Shown: piece after piece, positions 26,497 through 35,596 of the stretch | How the letters are laid out: each line of letters starts with the position of its first letter | Numbering within the stretch: position 1 is the stretch's first letter | Assembly: GCA_016840085.1 (NCBI GenBank) | Contig: JAEOTA010000010.1 | Coordinates: 1-50,108, forward strand | Origin: Promethearchaeota archaeon | GTDB lineage: Archaea; Asgardarchaeota; Lokiarchaeia; Sigyniarchaeales; SOKP01 | Length of the DNA stretch: 50,108 nt | Direction: 5' to 3' | Notes under the pieces: generated by a model | Told to the model about the DNA's origin: nothing | Databases searched by the model: none | Seen by the model: the letters and a program-made list of their open reading frames with translations, nothing else | Made by a program: the position numbers and the translations under genes

Positions 26497-27498
26497 TTAA
26501 TCTTGAGATAATTTTTTCCTTAAAGCTTCTGTTAATAGTGGGACAATCACTTTATAATCCCCTACAATCCCATAATCACAGAAATCAAATATAGGAGCAT
26601 TAAGATCTTTATTTATAGCTATTATTTTTTTACTGCTTTTCATTCCAACTAAATGTTGGGTTGTTCCTGATATTCCACATGCAATATAGATGTTGGGACA
26701 TACCACAGTACCACTTTGCCCAACTTGACATGATTTTGGTTTCCATCCTGCATCTACTGCAGCTCTACTAGCTCCAACCGCTGCATTTAACACTTCAGCT
26801 AATTCCTCTACAATTTTAAAATTTTCTGCACTACCTATTCCTCTTCCACCTGATACGATAATATCCGCTTCATCAATAGGCTTTACATCAGAAGTAGTTG
26901 TTTCAATTTTCTCTTTTATTTTTGTTTTAAGTTGAGAAGGTTCTATTTCAATTGGAATTTTAACGAGGTCAATTTGAGTTTTCTTTGTAGCTTCTGATTT
27001 TTCCATTACGTTTGATCTCACTGTTGCCATTTGAGGTCTTTTGTTTGGACATATTATATCTACTAAATAATTACCTCCATATACAGTGTGTGTTTGTACT
27101 AAATTTCCGTCTTGAATACCTAAATCAATACAATCTGCTGTTAAACCAACTTCTAATGATGCTGCTATTCTAGGTGCTAAATCTCTTCCAAGTTTTGTTG
27201 CAGGAAATAGGATTATATTTGGCAAATATTTCTTAATTAAATCTATAAATACAGAAGAATATGTTTCGGCAAGATAATCGTCCAAGATCTTATGTTCACC
27301 TAAATATATTTTATCTATAGCGTGATAAGATAGTTCTTCACAGATTTTTGATATATTACTTCCAAAAACAACAGCACAGACTTTTTCATTAGAATTTTTT
27401 GCTAGTTCTTTAGCTTTTCCAAGTAGCTCAAATGAAACTCCGCGGATTTTTTCTTTTTTTAATTCCACAAAAACCCAAACATTTTTGCATCCTTCCAT
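26497..27498 (-). CDS. etfA: Electron transfer flavoprotein alpha subunit
   Basis: GLTADC, RPQMATVR, IIVSGGRG, GASRAAVDAGW, QVGQSG, GISGTTQH, AINKD. Confidence 0.95.
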   Translation of the reverse strand: MEGCKNVWVFVELKKEKIRGVSFELLGKAKELAKNSNEKVCAVVFGSNISKICEELSYHAIDKIYLGEHKILDDYLAETYSSVFIDLIKKYLPNIILFPATKLGRDLAPRIAASLEVGLTADCIDLGIQDGNLVQTHTVYGGNYLVDIICPNKRPQMATVRSNVMEKSEATKKTQIDLVKIPIEIEPSQLKTKIKEKIETTTSDVKPIDEADIIVSGGRGIGSAENFKIVEELAEVLNAAVGASRAAVDAGWKPKSCQVGQSGTVVCPNIYIACGISGTTQHLVGMKSSKKIIAINKDLNAPIFDFCDYGIVGDYKVIVPLLTEALRKKLSQD

Positions 27499-27500
27499 GA

Positions 27501-28292
27501 TTAGATCACCTTATCTTTTGTGAGTAGTTCCATCAATGTTTCTACTGCTATGTTCGGTGCATCAGTAATGACTATACCTTGTTCTCTTTTTGGAAGTTTA
27601 TATAACTTTAATATCTTTATTAATGAGCCCGATGAACCATATTTGTTTTTATCACCTTTAATATCGTCTGCTTTTAAAATCTCAAATGGTTTTTTCTGTG
27701 CAGCAATTATTTTTGGTAATGGGGGTATCCTAGGTTGAAAAGATGAGGGAGGTATTGTAGCCACAACCAAAGGTATACTTGATTCGATTATATTATATCC
27801 TTCATCTGTTTGAGCCTTAACAAACAATTTACTATTTTCTAATTTCTCAACATTTTCGACATATGTTATATGAGGGATATCTAATATAGCGGCTAATTCA
27901 GGACCAACTTGCCCTAAACCCGTATCAAAAGAAGAATTGCCACAAAAAATAATATCATAATCACCTATTTTCTTTATAGATGAAGCAAGGATATTTGCTG
28001 TAGCAAAAGTATCAGATTCTTTAAATTCTTCATCATTAAGCAATATTCCTTTATCAGCACCTAATGCTAAGCATCTCATTAAAGTGCTTTTTGTTTCAAG
28101 ATCTCCCATAGAAATAGCAGTAATCTCATCTCCTTCTTTTTTTATTTTAATTGCTTCTTCTAAAGCAAACTGATCAAAAGGAGAGATCATCGTTGATACT
28201 CCTTCCTTTAATACTCTATTTGTCTTCGGATCGATTTTAAGGTCATTTGATTCTGGGACTTGCTTTACTAAAACTACAATCTTAATAGACAT
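27501..28292 (-). CDS. etfB: Electron transfer flavoprotein beta subunit
   Basis: VKQVP, DQFALEEA, LALGAD, DTFATA, GQVGP. Confidence 0.95.
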   Translation of the reverse strand: MSIKIVVLVKQVPESNDLKIDPKTNRVLKEGVSTMISPFDQFALEEAIKIKKEGDEITAISMGDLETKSTLMRCLALGADKGILLNDEEFKESDTFATANILASSIKKIGDYDIIFCGNSSFDTGLGQVGPELAAILDIPHITYVENVEKLENSKLFVKAQTDEGYNIIESSIPLVVATIPPSSFQPRIPPLPKIIAAQKKPFEILKADDIKGDKNKYGSSGSLIKILKLYKLPKREQGIVITDAPNIAVETLMELLTKDKVI

Positions 28293-28387
28293 AATTCTAT
28301 AAAATGATTAATTAAGGGTATATACAGTTTAAATCTTTAAAGCGTTAATTTATTTTTTATTAAAAATATAAAAAAAAGTTATTGAAA

Positions 28388-29581
28388 TTATTTATAGGAG
28401 ATTAGTTCTTTACCAAGAAGTTCTCTTGCAACAATCATCTTCATAACTTCACGAGTTCCCTCAGCTAAGGAAAAAGATCTTATTGCTCTCCAAGCTGCTT
28501 GATCTGGGCATTCTTTAGAGTAACCAAAAGCTCCTTGCCACTGGATAACATCATTAATTGCTTCACAAGCCCAATCTGAGCAGAACATTTTTGCCATAGC
28601 TACGATTTTGCTGGTTTCGAATCTATTTCCCTTCCCTTGTTGTTCTAAATCTATAGCCATCAAAGCTTGATACCCTAGATCTCTTAACATCATTAACTTA
28701 GTATAATGTTCTGCTAATCTAAAATTAATCTCCTGAAATTTTGCTAGTTGTTTTCCAAATACCATCCTTTGCTTAACATAATTCATTCCATTTTCTAATG
28801 ACTTCAAACCAGCAGCAGCACAAATAACAGCAATTAAAGCTCTTGCATATTCATATCCTTCATGGATTATGTAGAAACCCTTGTTTTCCTCACCAAGAAT
28901 GTAGTGTTTAGGAATTTTTACATTGTCTATAGAAAAACCACCACAAGAAATACCTTCTCGACCTAAATCTTCGATGTATGTAGGAGTAATCCCTTCAGCT
29001 GTGAGAGGTAAATAAAACACAGTCATACCTCTTGATCCTGCCTCAGGTGTTTGATGAGCAATAGTGATATGACCACCTCCTTTTGTTGCAGCTTCTCGAA
29101 CACCACTGATATACATTTTTTCTCCATTTACTATGAAATTATCACCTTCTTTTTTTATATTTGTTTTTCCACCTACAACATCAGTTCCTGCATCGCTTTC
29201 CGTAGTTGCTATTCCAAGAAACCATTCTCCTTTAGTTGCTTTAGGAAATACTTCTTTTTTTGCTTCTTCTGTTCCGTATTTATTTAAGAGAAAACCCCAA
29301 GCTGCTTGAACTAAATAAAACACACAAGTAGATCCTGTGCAGTCTGCTTTCGCTAATTCTTCTGCTATAACGCCAGCTGAAACCGCATTTAATCCAGAAC
29401 CTCCATAAGCAGGATCTGCAGTACACGCAAGCAATCCTAATTCTGCCATCCCTTTAACAACATCATCAGGAATGGTTTTTATCTTTTCCATTTCAAGTGC
29501 TATTGGAGTAATTTTTTTTTGGGCAAACTCTCTCACACTTTGACGAATTAATTCTTGTTCTTCAGTAAATTTTATATTCAT
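28388..29581 (-). CDS. Acyl-CoA dehydrogenase
   Basis: YGGSG, ATTESDAGTD, NGEKMYIS, LGEENKGF, RMVFGK, GAFGYS, AEGTREVMK. Upstream of etfBA. Confidence 0.93.
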   Translation of the reverse strand: MNIKFTEEQELIRQSVREFAQKKITPIALEMEKIKTIPDDVVKGMAELGLLACTADPAYGGSGLNAVSAGVIAEELAKADCTGSTCVFYLVQAAWGFLLNKYGTEEAKKEVFPKATKGEWFLGIATTESDAGTDVVGGKTNIKKEGDNFIVNGEKMYISGVREAATKGGGHITIAHQTPEAGSRGMTVFYLPLTAEGITPTYIEDLGREGISCGGFSIDNVKIPKHYILGEENKGFYIIHEGYEYARALIAVICAAAGLKSLENGMNYVKQRMVFGKQLAKFQEINFRLAEHYTKLMMLRDLGYQALMAIDLEQQGKGNRFETSKIVAMAKMFCSDWACEAINDVIQWQGAFGYSKECPDQAAWRAIRSFSLAEGTREVMKMIVARELLGKELISYK

Positions 29582-29683
29582 AACTCTAACCTTTTGATTT
29601 TTAAAGAGAATTAATTATAAAAATACGCTTTAAACTTAATTAATTTAATTGATTTAGAGAAAAAATAGAAAAAATTATTCTTT

Positions 29684-29846
29684 TTATTTTGGATGCTCAT
29701 TTCTTATAATTGTGGCTGCACCTATTCCTAGCCCCATCAACACTCCCTCTTCTCTTATTTATTGGCGTTCTCATATGATCTATCAATACAGGTTCCTGTC
29801 TTGGATCTTTGAAGTATTTTTCATACATACTTACTGGTTCTGCCAT
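29684..29846 (-). pseudogene. Internally deleted thiolase remnant
   Basis: AAGGTGA RBS, then MAEPVSMYEKYFKDPRQEPVLIDHMRTPINKRRG (thiolase-like RTP N-terminus), joined in another frame to MGLGIGAATIIRNEHPK* (thiolase-like C-terminus). Confidence 0.55.
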
Positions 29847-29980
29847 AAATTTTCACCTTTTTAATTAATTTATAAAACCAAGTAAAATTTTATTAATTAA
29901 TTTTATTTGAAGTTCTGATAAGTATATACATAGATTTGAAATTATTTCATATTAGATTTCAGATTTTGAGGTAAAATAAA

Positions 29981-30883
29981 ATGTTAAAAGGAATCCATTT
30001 TCTCTTGACCTATGCTTGTAATTATACATGTGAACACTGTTTCTTATATTGTAGCCCAAATGCAAAAGGAACATTTACATTAGCTCAAATTAAAGAAGTA
30101 TTGGGTGAATCAAAAAAAATAGGAACGGTAGAATGGATATTTTGGGAAGGTGGAGAAGCTTTTCTTTTCTACCCCATTATGCTTGAAGGAATGAAAATTG
30201 CTAAAGATATGGAATTTAAGAATGGGATTGTAACTAATTCATATTGGGCAACGAGTACAGAAGATGCAGAGATTTGGCTTAAACCCATTGCTGAAATTGG
30301 CATTTCTGATTTTAGTGTAAGTGATGACACGTTTCATTTTGAAGACGAAGCGGAAAATTTAGCAAAATTTGCGAGAAAAGCAGCAGATAACTTAAAATTA
30401 TCCTCACATTCAATAACAATTGAAGAACCTACCATCAAGACTGGTATTGATAAAGATCAAGAAAAAGGGGAACCTGTGATTGGTGGTGGTGCCATGTTTA
30501 GAGGAAGAGCTGTTGAAAATTTAATTGAAGGATTGCCTAAAAGGTCATGGAAAGAAATGATTAAATGTCCCTATGAGGATCTGGACGGACTTGGAAGAAT
30601 TCATGTTGATCCGTTTGGTAATGCTCACATATGTCAAGGCTTAAGTATAGGAAATTTCTGGGAAAAACCTCTTTCTGAATTGATCAAAGATTATAAACCA
30701 GAAGATCACCCTATTTGTGGACCATTAATTCGAGGTGGACCTGCTCAACTAGTGAAAGAATACGAAATTGACCATGAAGAGGAGTATGTTGATGAATGTC
30801 ATCTCTGTTATCTCGCTCGATTGAGTTTGATAGACAAATTTCCAAACTATCTTGCACCAAGACAAGTATATGGATTAGATTAA
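29981..30883 (+). CDS. Radical SAM protein of unknown function
   Basis: TYACNYTCEHC motif, EGGE, C-terminal Cys (CPY, ICQG, ICGP, ECHLC). Confidence 0.88.
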   Translation: MLKGIHFLLTYACNYTCEHCFLYCSPNAKGTFTLAQIKEVLGESKKIGTVEWIFWEGGEAFLFYPIMLEGMKIAKDMEFKNGIVTNSYWATSTEDAEIWLKPIAEIGISDFSVSDDTFHFEDEAENLAKFARKAADNLKLSSHSITIEEPTIKTGIDKDQEKGEPVIGGGAMFRGRAVENLIEGLPKRSWKEMIKCPYEDLDGLGRIHVDPFGNAHICQGLSIGNFWEKPLSELIKDYKPEDHPICGPLIRGGPAQLVKEYEIDHEEEYVDECHLCYLARLSLIDKFPNYLAPRQVYGLD

Positions 30884-31129
30884 AAAAATAATTATATAAT
30901 GTCTTTTTTTTTACATTTTTGGAATTATCATCTGTCAATTAAAGTGGTAAATAAAACTTGTTTTTTGTATTAATTGTATAAAAGAATTCAAATATTCGAA
31001 CTATATTATTACATTATAAATAAAAAATAAGAGAATTATACTAAAAAAGAAAGTTCTATCCAAATTCGAGGTATTAGTAATATTACGTATATAGATAAAG
31101 AAAAACTACGTACTCTATTTAAATGGTAC

Positions 31130-32275
31130 ATGCAAGAGGTAGGAGAACATTTAATATCAATTTTGGTAGTGGGGCAAGATGGATTAGTCGTAGACATTTT
31201 AACTCGAGATTCTGGTAAGATAGATGAAAAGAAATTTGTTGGAGCATTTAGTTCGCTAGCTGAATTAGTACTTAAAAAAATTACTCTAGATTTTGATCTT
31301 GGCACATTTGGTGCTGGCACTTTCGATACAGACAGATATCGATTTATTTTTTGTGAAGCTGGAGTAGAGCATGTTATGGTGTCGATTCTTCATCCAAAAG
31401 CTCTTGTTGATGAGATTTTTCCATACACATACTTAACAGCAGATAAGGTAGCCCGAATAATCGATGGAGAGTTACCTGTTAGTCCAGTGATCCCTAAAAT
31501 TATACGGGAAAATGAAATGGAAAGAATTAAGCGAAAAATGGAATATTATCAGAGTAAACCCCATTCACCGGAGTATGTATATAAATTAAGTATAATTGGT
31601 GATCGAGGAGTTGGAAAAACAAGTATGGCTCAAAGATATGTACATGGAATATTTCAAGCAGATTATAAAGCTACTATTGGAACCTTCATTTCAAAAAAAG
31701 AATGTAAGTTCGATGAGCTAAAAACCGCTGTAAGATTTATGATATGGGACTTAGCAGGGCAAAACCAATTCCAACGATTATGGCCAGATTATTTAACTGA
31801 TTCACGAGCGGGAATTATTGTTTATGATATTTCTAATAGAGAATCATTTGAGAACGTAAAAAAATGGTATGATATTATTACTAAAGTTGCGTATCCAAGT
31901 TTAATTTTAGTTATAGCAGGAAATAAAATTGATCTTGAAGATTCAAGAGTAATATCAAAAGATGAAGGAATGGAATTAGCAATAGAATTGGGTATATACT
32001 ATATGGAAACCTCAGCCAAAACAAATGAAAATATAGATGATGTATTTGAGTGGATAGCATTGCAAATCATTAATAAAAATATTGAAATGTTGAAAGACAC
32101 ATTACTAGACAAAAGAGTTGAAGATAGCTCGAAATATATAATATCTGGCCCTGAATTAAAGTTATTGAACCATCATTTTACTAAACAACTTGATTACTGT
32201 ATAGGAACAAAAGACACTAAAGACATTATAAAGTATTTAGATATGTTGAAAACAATAGAAAAAAATAAGTTCTAA
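31130..32275 (+). CDS. Roadblock/longin-like domain fused to Rab-like GTPase
   Basis: N-terminal ISILVVGQDGLVV roadblock-like strand pattern; GDRGVGKT, TIG, WDLAGQ, NKID, ETSAK. The frame is open upstream, so the start may be near 31082 after a GAGGT. Confidence 0.88.
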   Translation: MQEVGEHLISILVVGQDGLVVDILTRDSGKIDEKKFVGAFSSLAELVLKKITLDFDLGTFGAGTFDTDRYRFIFCEAGVEHVMVSILHPKALVDEIFPYTYLTADKVARIIDGELPVSPVIPKIIRENEMERIKRKMEYYQSKPHSPEYVYKLSIIGDRGVGKTSMAQRYVHGIFQADYKATIGTFISKKECKFDELKTAVRFMIWDLAGQNQFQRLWPDYLTDSRAGIIVYDISNRESFENVKKWYDIITKVAYPSLILVIAGNKIDLEDSRVISKDEGMELAIELGIYYMETSAKTNENIDDVFEWIALQIINKNIEMLKDTLLDKRVEDSSKYIISGPELKLLNHHFTKQLDYCIGTKDTKDIIKYLDMLKTIEKNKF

Positions 32276-32285
32276 CTTAAAAAAA

Positions 32286-35174
32286 CTAAATATCAATATA
32301 CAAAGCAGGTTTGAATGGTTTAGCTTTAATTGCTCTCTTTTTTGGATCAAATTCTGAATTAATTTCAATGGTGGTATTTACTTTTTTCTCTATATATGAT
32401 TTATATTGATTTAACGAATCAATTTCATCTATCTGAGTCAAATTTTTTTCCCATATACGATCTTTCAACTGGTTTTTTATATATGGAATCAATTGCTTTT
32501 TAGAAATTAATTCTTTATCATTTTTTATCTCTGAAATTATGGCTTCAAAATCATCTCTCTTCGAAATTATTGTTTTCAAAACCTTGTATTTCCATTTTGG
32601 GGCAGTATAGATATATATTTTATCTGATTTTCGAGTTTTGACGATTTTTCTTATGTTCAAAAGATCTTCAATAACATTGGTAATATAATCAAATTCAAGT
32701 TCAAGGTTATTATCAATGAATTTTTTGTTGAAATCTCCCCAAATTGCGGTTGATATGAAACCTGAATTACTAGCAATTTCCCACAACTCCTCACATAAAT
32801 GTGGCATGGTTAAGGATAGTATCTTTAGCCAATCAGTATAAATAATTTTAAATGATATTATAAAATCATTTTTGTTTTCAGTATCTCTGAAAAAGTCCTG
32901 TATTAAGTTAAAGATTTCATAAAATGAAATTTGTAGGTACCTTCTAATATTATATACTTCTAATGCTTTTTCTGCTTCAAGGAATTTTATAATTATTTTA
33001 GATAAAATCACTTTTGAATACTTAGACTTAATATTTTCATATTTTGCTTCGATACTTTTTAACTGATTAATTTTATCAAACATAAATCCATAAAATTTAG
33101 AGATATGGTTTCTTACTGATTCTATTTCTTTCTTTCGAAAATTCATGTACACACTAAAATCAGCTCCATGTGAAATATAAAATCTAAACAAATCAGCTCC
33201 ATAAATCCTCTGAATATCTGCTAAAGAAATTACATTCCCCTTTGATTTACCCATTTTCTGTCCTTCAATAATTACAGGTTCTATTAATGATATTAATTTT
33301 GGCCAATTCTTTTCAGGAAATATTGCTACATGGTGGAAAATGTAAAAACTTAGATGGTTAGAAATATGCATTATGGCAGTATGGCGATGATCAACTGGAT
33401 ACCAATATAGAAATTCTTTTTGTAATTCTTTAAGAATATTTTCATCAATATTTAGCTTTTTTGAAAGCTTTTTTACTTCACCTTTTTCTAAGTAGATATA
33501 ATCGAAAAATTCTGGAATCATTTGTTCTGGTTTAATTTGATATTGTTTTATTTTATGGATTATGGTATAGAAAGCCATATATATTGTAGAATCACTTAGA
33601 GACTCTATTATCCATTCTTTATTAAAAGGTAACTTAGTTCCTAAACCTCTTTTACGAGCACAAGGTCTTTTTTCTAGCCAATTAAATATATTTTCAAAAT
33701 TTAACCTATATTTTTTAGGTATTATTTTCATGCTATTAAGGCATTTAAACGCATTTTTTTTCCAATCTCCCGCATTAAATTTAAGAAACCATTGATCCTT
33801 AAGAATAGAAACGATAATATCCGTTCCACATTTACATTTAAGATTTTTAGTCACTGGGATATACAATTTATCTGCTTTATTCTCTTCACTTAAATCTATA
33901 GAAACTTGTTTGGCAGCATCACTCACTTTCATTCCTTGGTACTTACCACATTTTTCATTTAGCGTACCATTATAAAATTCATCTTTATAGTTCTCACTTG
34001 TAGCTAAATCTAATTTTTCAGTGTCAAATTGTGAAATAGCATTATATTTTTCACAATATACTTTAGCAGGAAAGTCCTTAAACCCTTTTAAGTCAATAAT
34101 TTCAATAGGATATATTAATTCAACTTCCCTCTCATCTAAACCAAATTCTTTAATTAAATCTTCATTCTTTTGTAAATCTATAAGAGCAATATAATCATAT
34201 GGGGCATGAGCAGGAACAGAATACACTACTCCAGTTGCCGTAGATGTATCAACAAAATCTCCAGGCAGAATCGGTATTTCTTTGATTCTAAAAACATCAG
34301 CGACCTTCTTTCCAATTATTTCTTTACCCTTAAAATTCTTCAGAACCTTAATATCTTTATTCTGATTCTCTAATAAAAAAATTGATTCCTTAGAAATAAA
34401 CCAAATCTCATCATTTACAGAAGTTTTTACATAATTTCCATCAGGTTTTATCCAAATGTTTGTAACTCCATATACTGTTTCAGGTCTTAATGTTGAAGCT
34501 ACAAGAAAACCATCTTCAAAGGGAAATTTAATACATATGAACTCATTAATATTTAAATCTAATTCATCTCCACTTAAAATATCATCTTCGCCAACTGCAT
34601 TTCCATCTCGAGGGCAATATAAAATCGGGTATTCTCCTTTCTCAATATAACCCTTGTTATTTAAATGATGATATTGCCATTCAATAAATTTATTATAGAG
34701 TCTATCACCAGTAGTAAATTCTCTTCTCCAATCCAAACTCATCCCAATCGATTTAAAATCAATTTTAATTGTTTTAGAAAAATACCTTACTATATTCCAA
34801 GGATCTATAAAACTTTCTATTATTTTTTGTAATCTTTTTTTATTGTTAGTGTATAATGAAACATATTCTTTCATTCTAGCTATTATTTCTGGATCTTTTC
34901 TTTCTATAGAAGAAGATATTGCTAAAACAGGTGTCCCTGTGATATGAAAAGCCATAGGATACAGTACATTATATTCTTTAGCCCTATAATAACGAGCAAA
35001 AACGTCACCATTTATAAAACTCCTTCCGTGGCCTATATGTAAGGGGCCAGAAGCATATGGATATGGAGATGTTATAAAAATTTTTTTCTTATTTGGATCT
35101 GGATTTGCTTCAAATATTTTATCCTGTTCCCATTTATCTTGCCATTTTTTTTCTATTTCTTGAGGATCATACAT
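32286..35174 (-). CDS. leuS: Leucine--tRNA ligase (archaeal/eukaryotic type)
   Basis: PYPYASGPLHIGH, FHITGTP, STLRPET, SVPAHAPYD, WIIESLSDSTIYMA, KMGKSKGN. Confidence 0.96.
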   Translation of the reverse strand: MYDPQEIEKKWQDKWEQDKIFEANPDPNKKKIFITSPYPYASGPLHIGHGRSFINGDVFARYYRAKEYNVLYPMAFHITGTPVLAISSSIERKDPEIIARMKEYVSLYTNNKKRLQKIIESFIDPWNIVRYFSKTIKIDFKSIGMSLDWRREFTTGDRLYNKFIEWQYHHLNNKGYIEKGEYPILYCPRDGNAVGEDDILSGDELDLNINEFICIKFPFEDGFLVASTLRPETVYGVTNIWIKPDGNYVKTSVNDEIWFISKESIFLLENQNKDIKVLKNFKGKEIIGKKVADVFRIKEIPILPGDFVDTSTATGVVYSVPAHAPYDYIALIDLQKNEDLIKEFGLDEREVELIYPIEIIDLKGFKDFPAKVYCEKYNAISQFDTEKLDLATSENYKDEFYNGTLNEKCGKYQGMKVSDAAKQVSIDLSEENKADKLYIPVTKNLKCKCGTDIIVSILKDQWFLKFNAGDWKKNAFKCLNSMKIIPKKYRLNFENIFNWLEKRPCARKRGLGTKLPFNKEWIIESLSDSTIYMAFYTIIHKIKQYQIKPEQMIPEFFDYIYLEKGEVKKLSKKLNIDENILKELQKEFLYWYPVDHRHTAIMHISNHLSFYIFHHVAIFPEKNWPKLISLIEPVIIEGQKMGKSKGNVISLADIQRIYGADLFRFYISHGADFSVYMNFRKKEIESVRNHISKFYGFMFDKINQLKSIEAKYENIKSKYSKVILSKIIIKFLEAEKALEVYNIRRYLQISFYEIFNLIQDFFRDTENKNDFIISFKIIYTDWLKILSLTMPHLCEELWEIASNSGFISTAIWGDFNKKFIDNNLELEFDYITNVIEDLLNIRKIVKTRKSDKIYIYTAPKWKYKVLKTIISKRDDFEAIISEIKNDKELISKKQLIPYIKNQLKDRIWEKNLTQIDEIDSLNQYKSYIEKKVNTTIEINSEFDPKKRAIKAKPFKPALYIDI

Positions 35175-35596
35175 TCTCTTTACCTCAAAATTTGCTTTTT
35201 ATTTTTTCTCTTTCAATGTATTTTCTTATATGAGTGAATAACCCGCTCATATTCTTTTTCAATTAAAATTACACACCAAGCGAACAAATCCGTGGAAGAA
35301 TTAAAAGAAAAAGAATATAAGGATTTGTTTTGCTCATAATAATAAAACTGCGAGTAAATTAACTAAGGATAATTTTTTCCTTATGAATTCCCTTAAAACA
35401 GTTTTATTCGAAATCATATATATATAATTTATGTGTTTTATAATATTAAAATATTTTAGATTTCTCATTTCTATTGCAAGAGTTCTTTTTTTAATGCATA
35501 TTGCAAATTGTTAAATACAATTTCTTTTTTTTACAATTCACACCTTGATTAATTTATAACTCTTATTACTTTTAGGTTAATGGGGATAAGGATCTC

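Noticed and set aside
32286-35174. KMGKS instead of KMSKS suggesting an inactive LeuRS paralog
   Set aside because: The catalytic second Lys, HIGH and editing motifs are intact; the variation is insufficient evidence.
35269-35337. Leu-rich 22-aa ORF (MSKTNPYILFLLILPRICSLGV) upstream of leuS as an attenuator leader
   Set aside because: No RBS or alternative hairpins seen, and Leu/Phe/Ile codons are expected in T-rich DNA.
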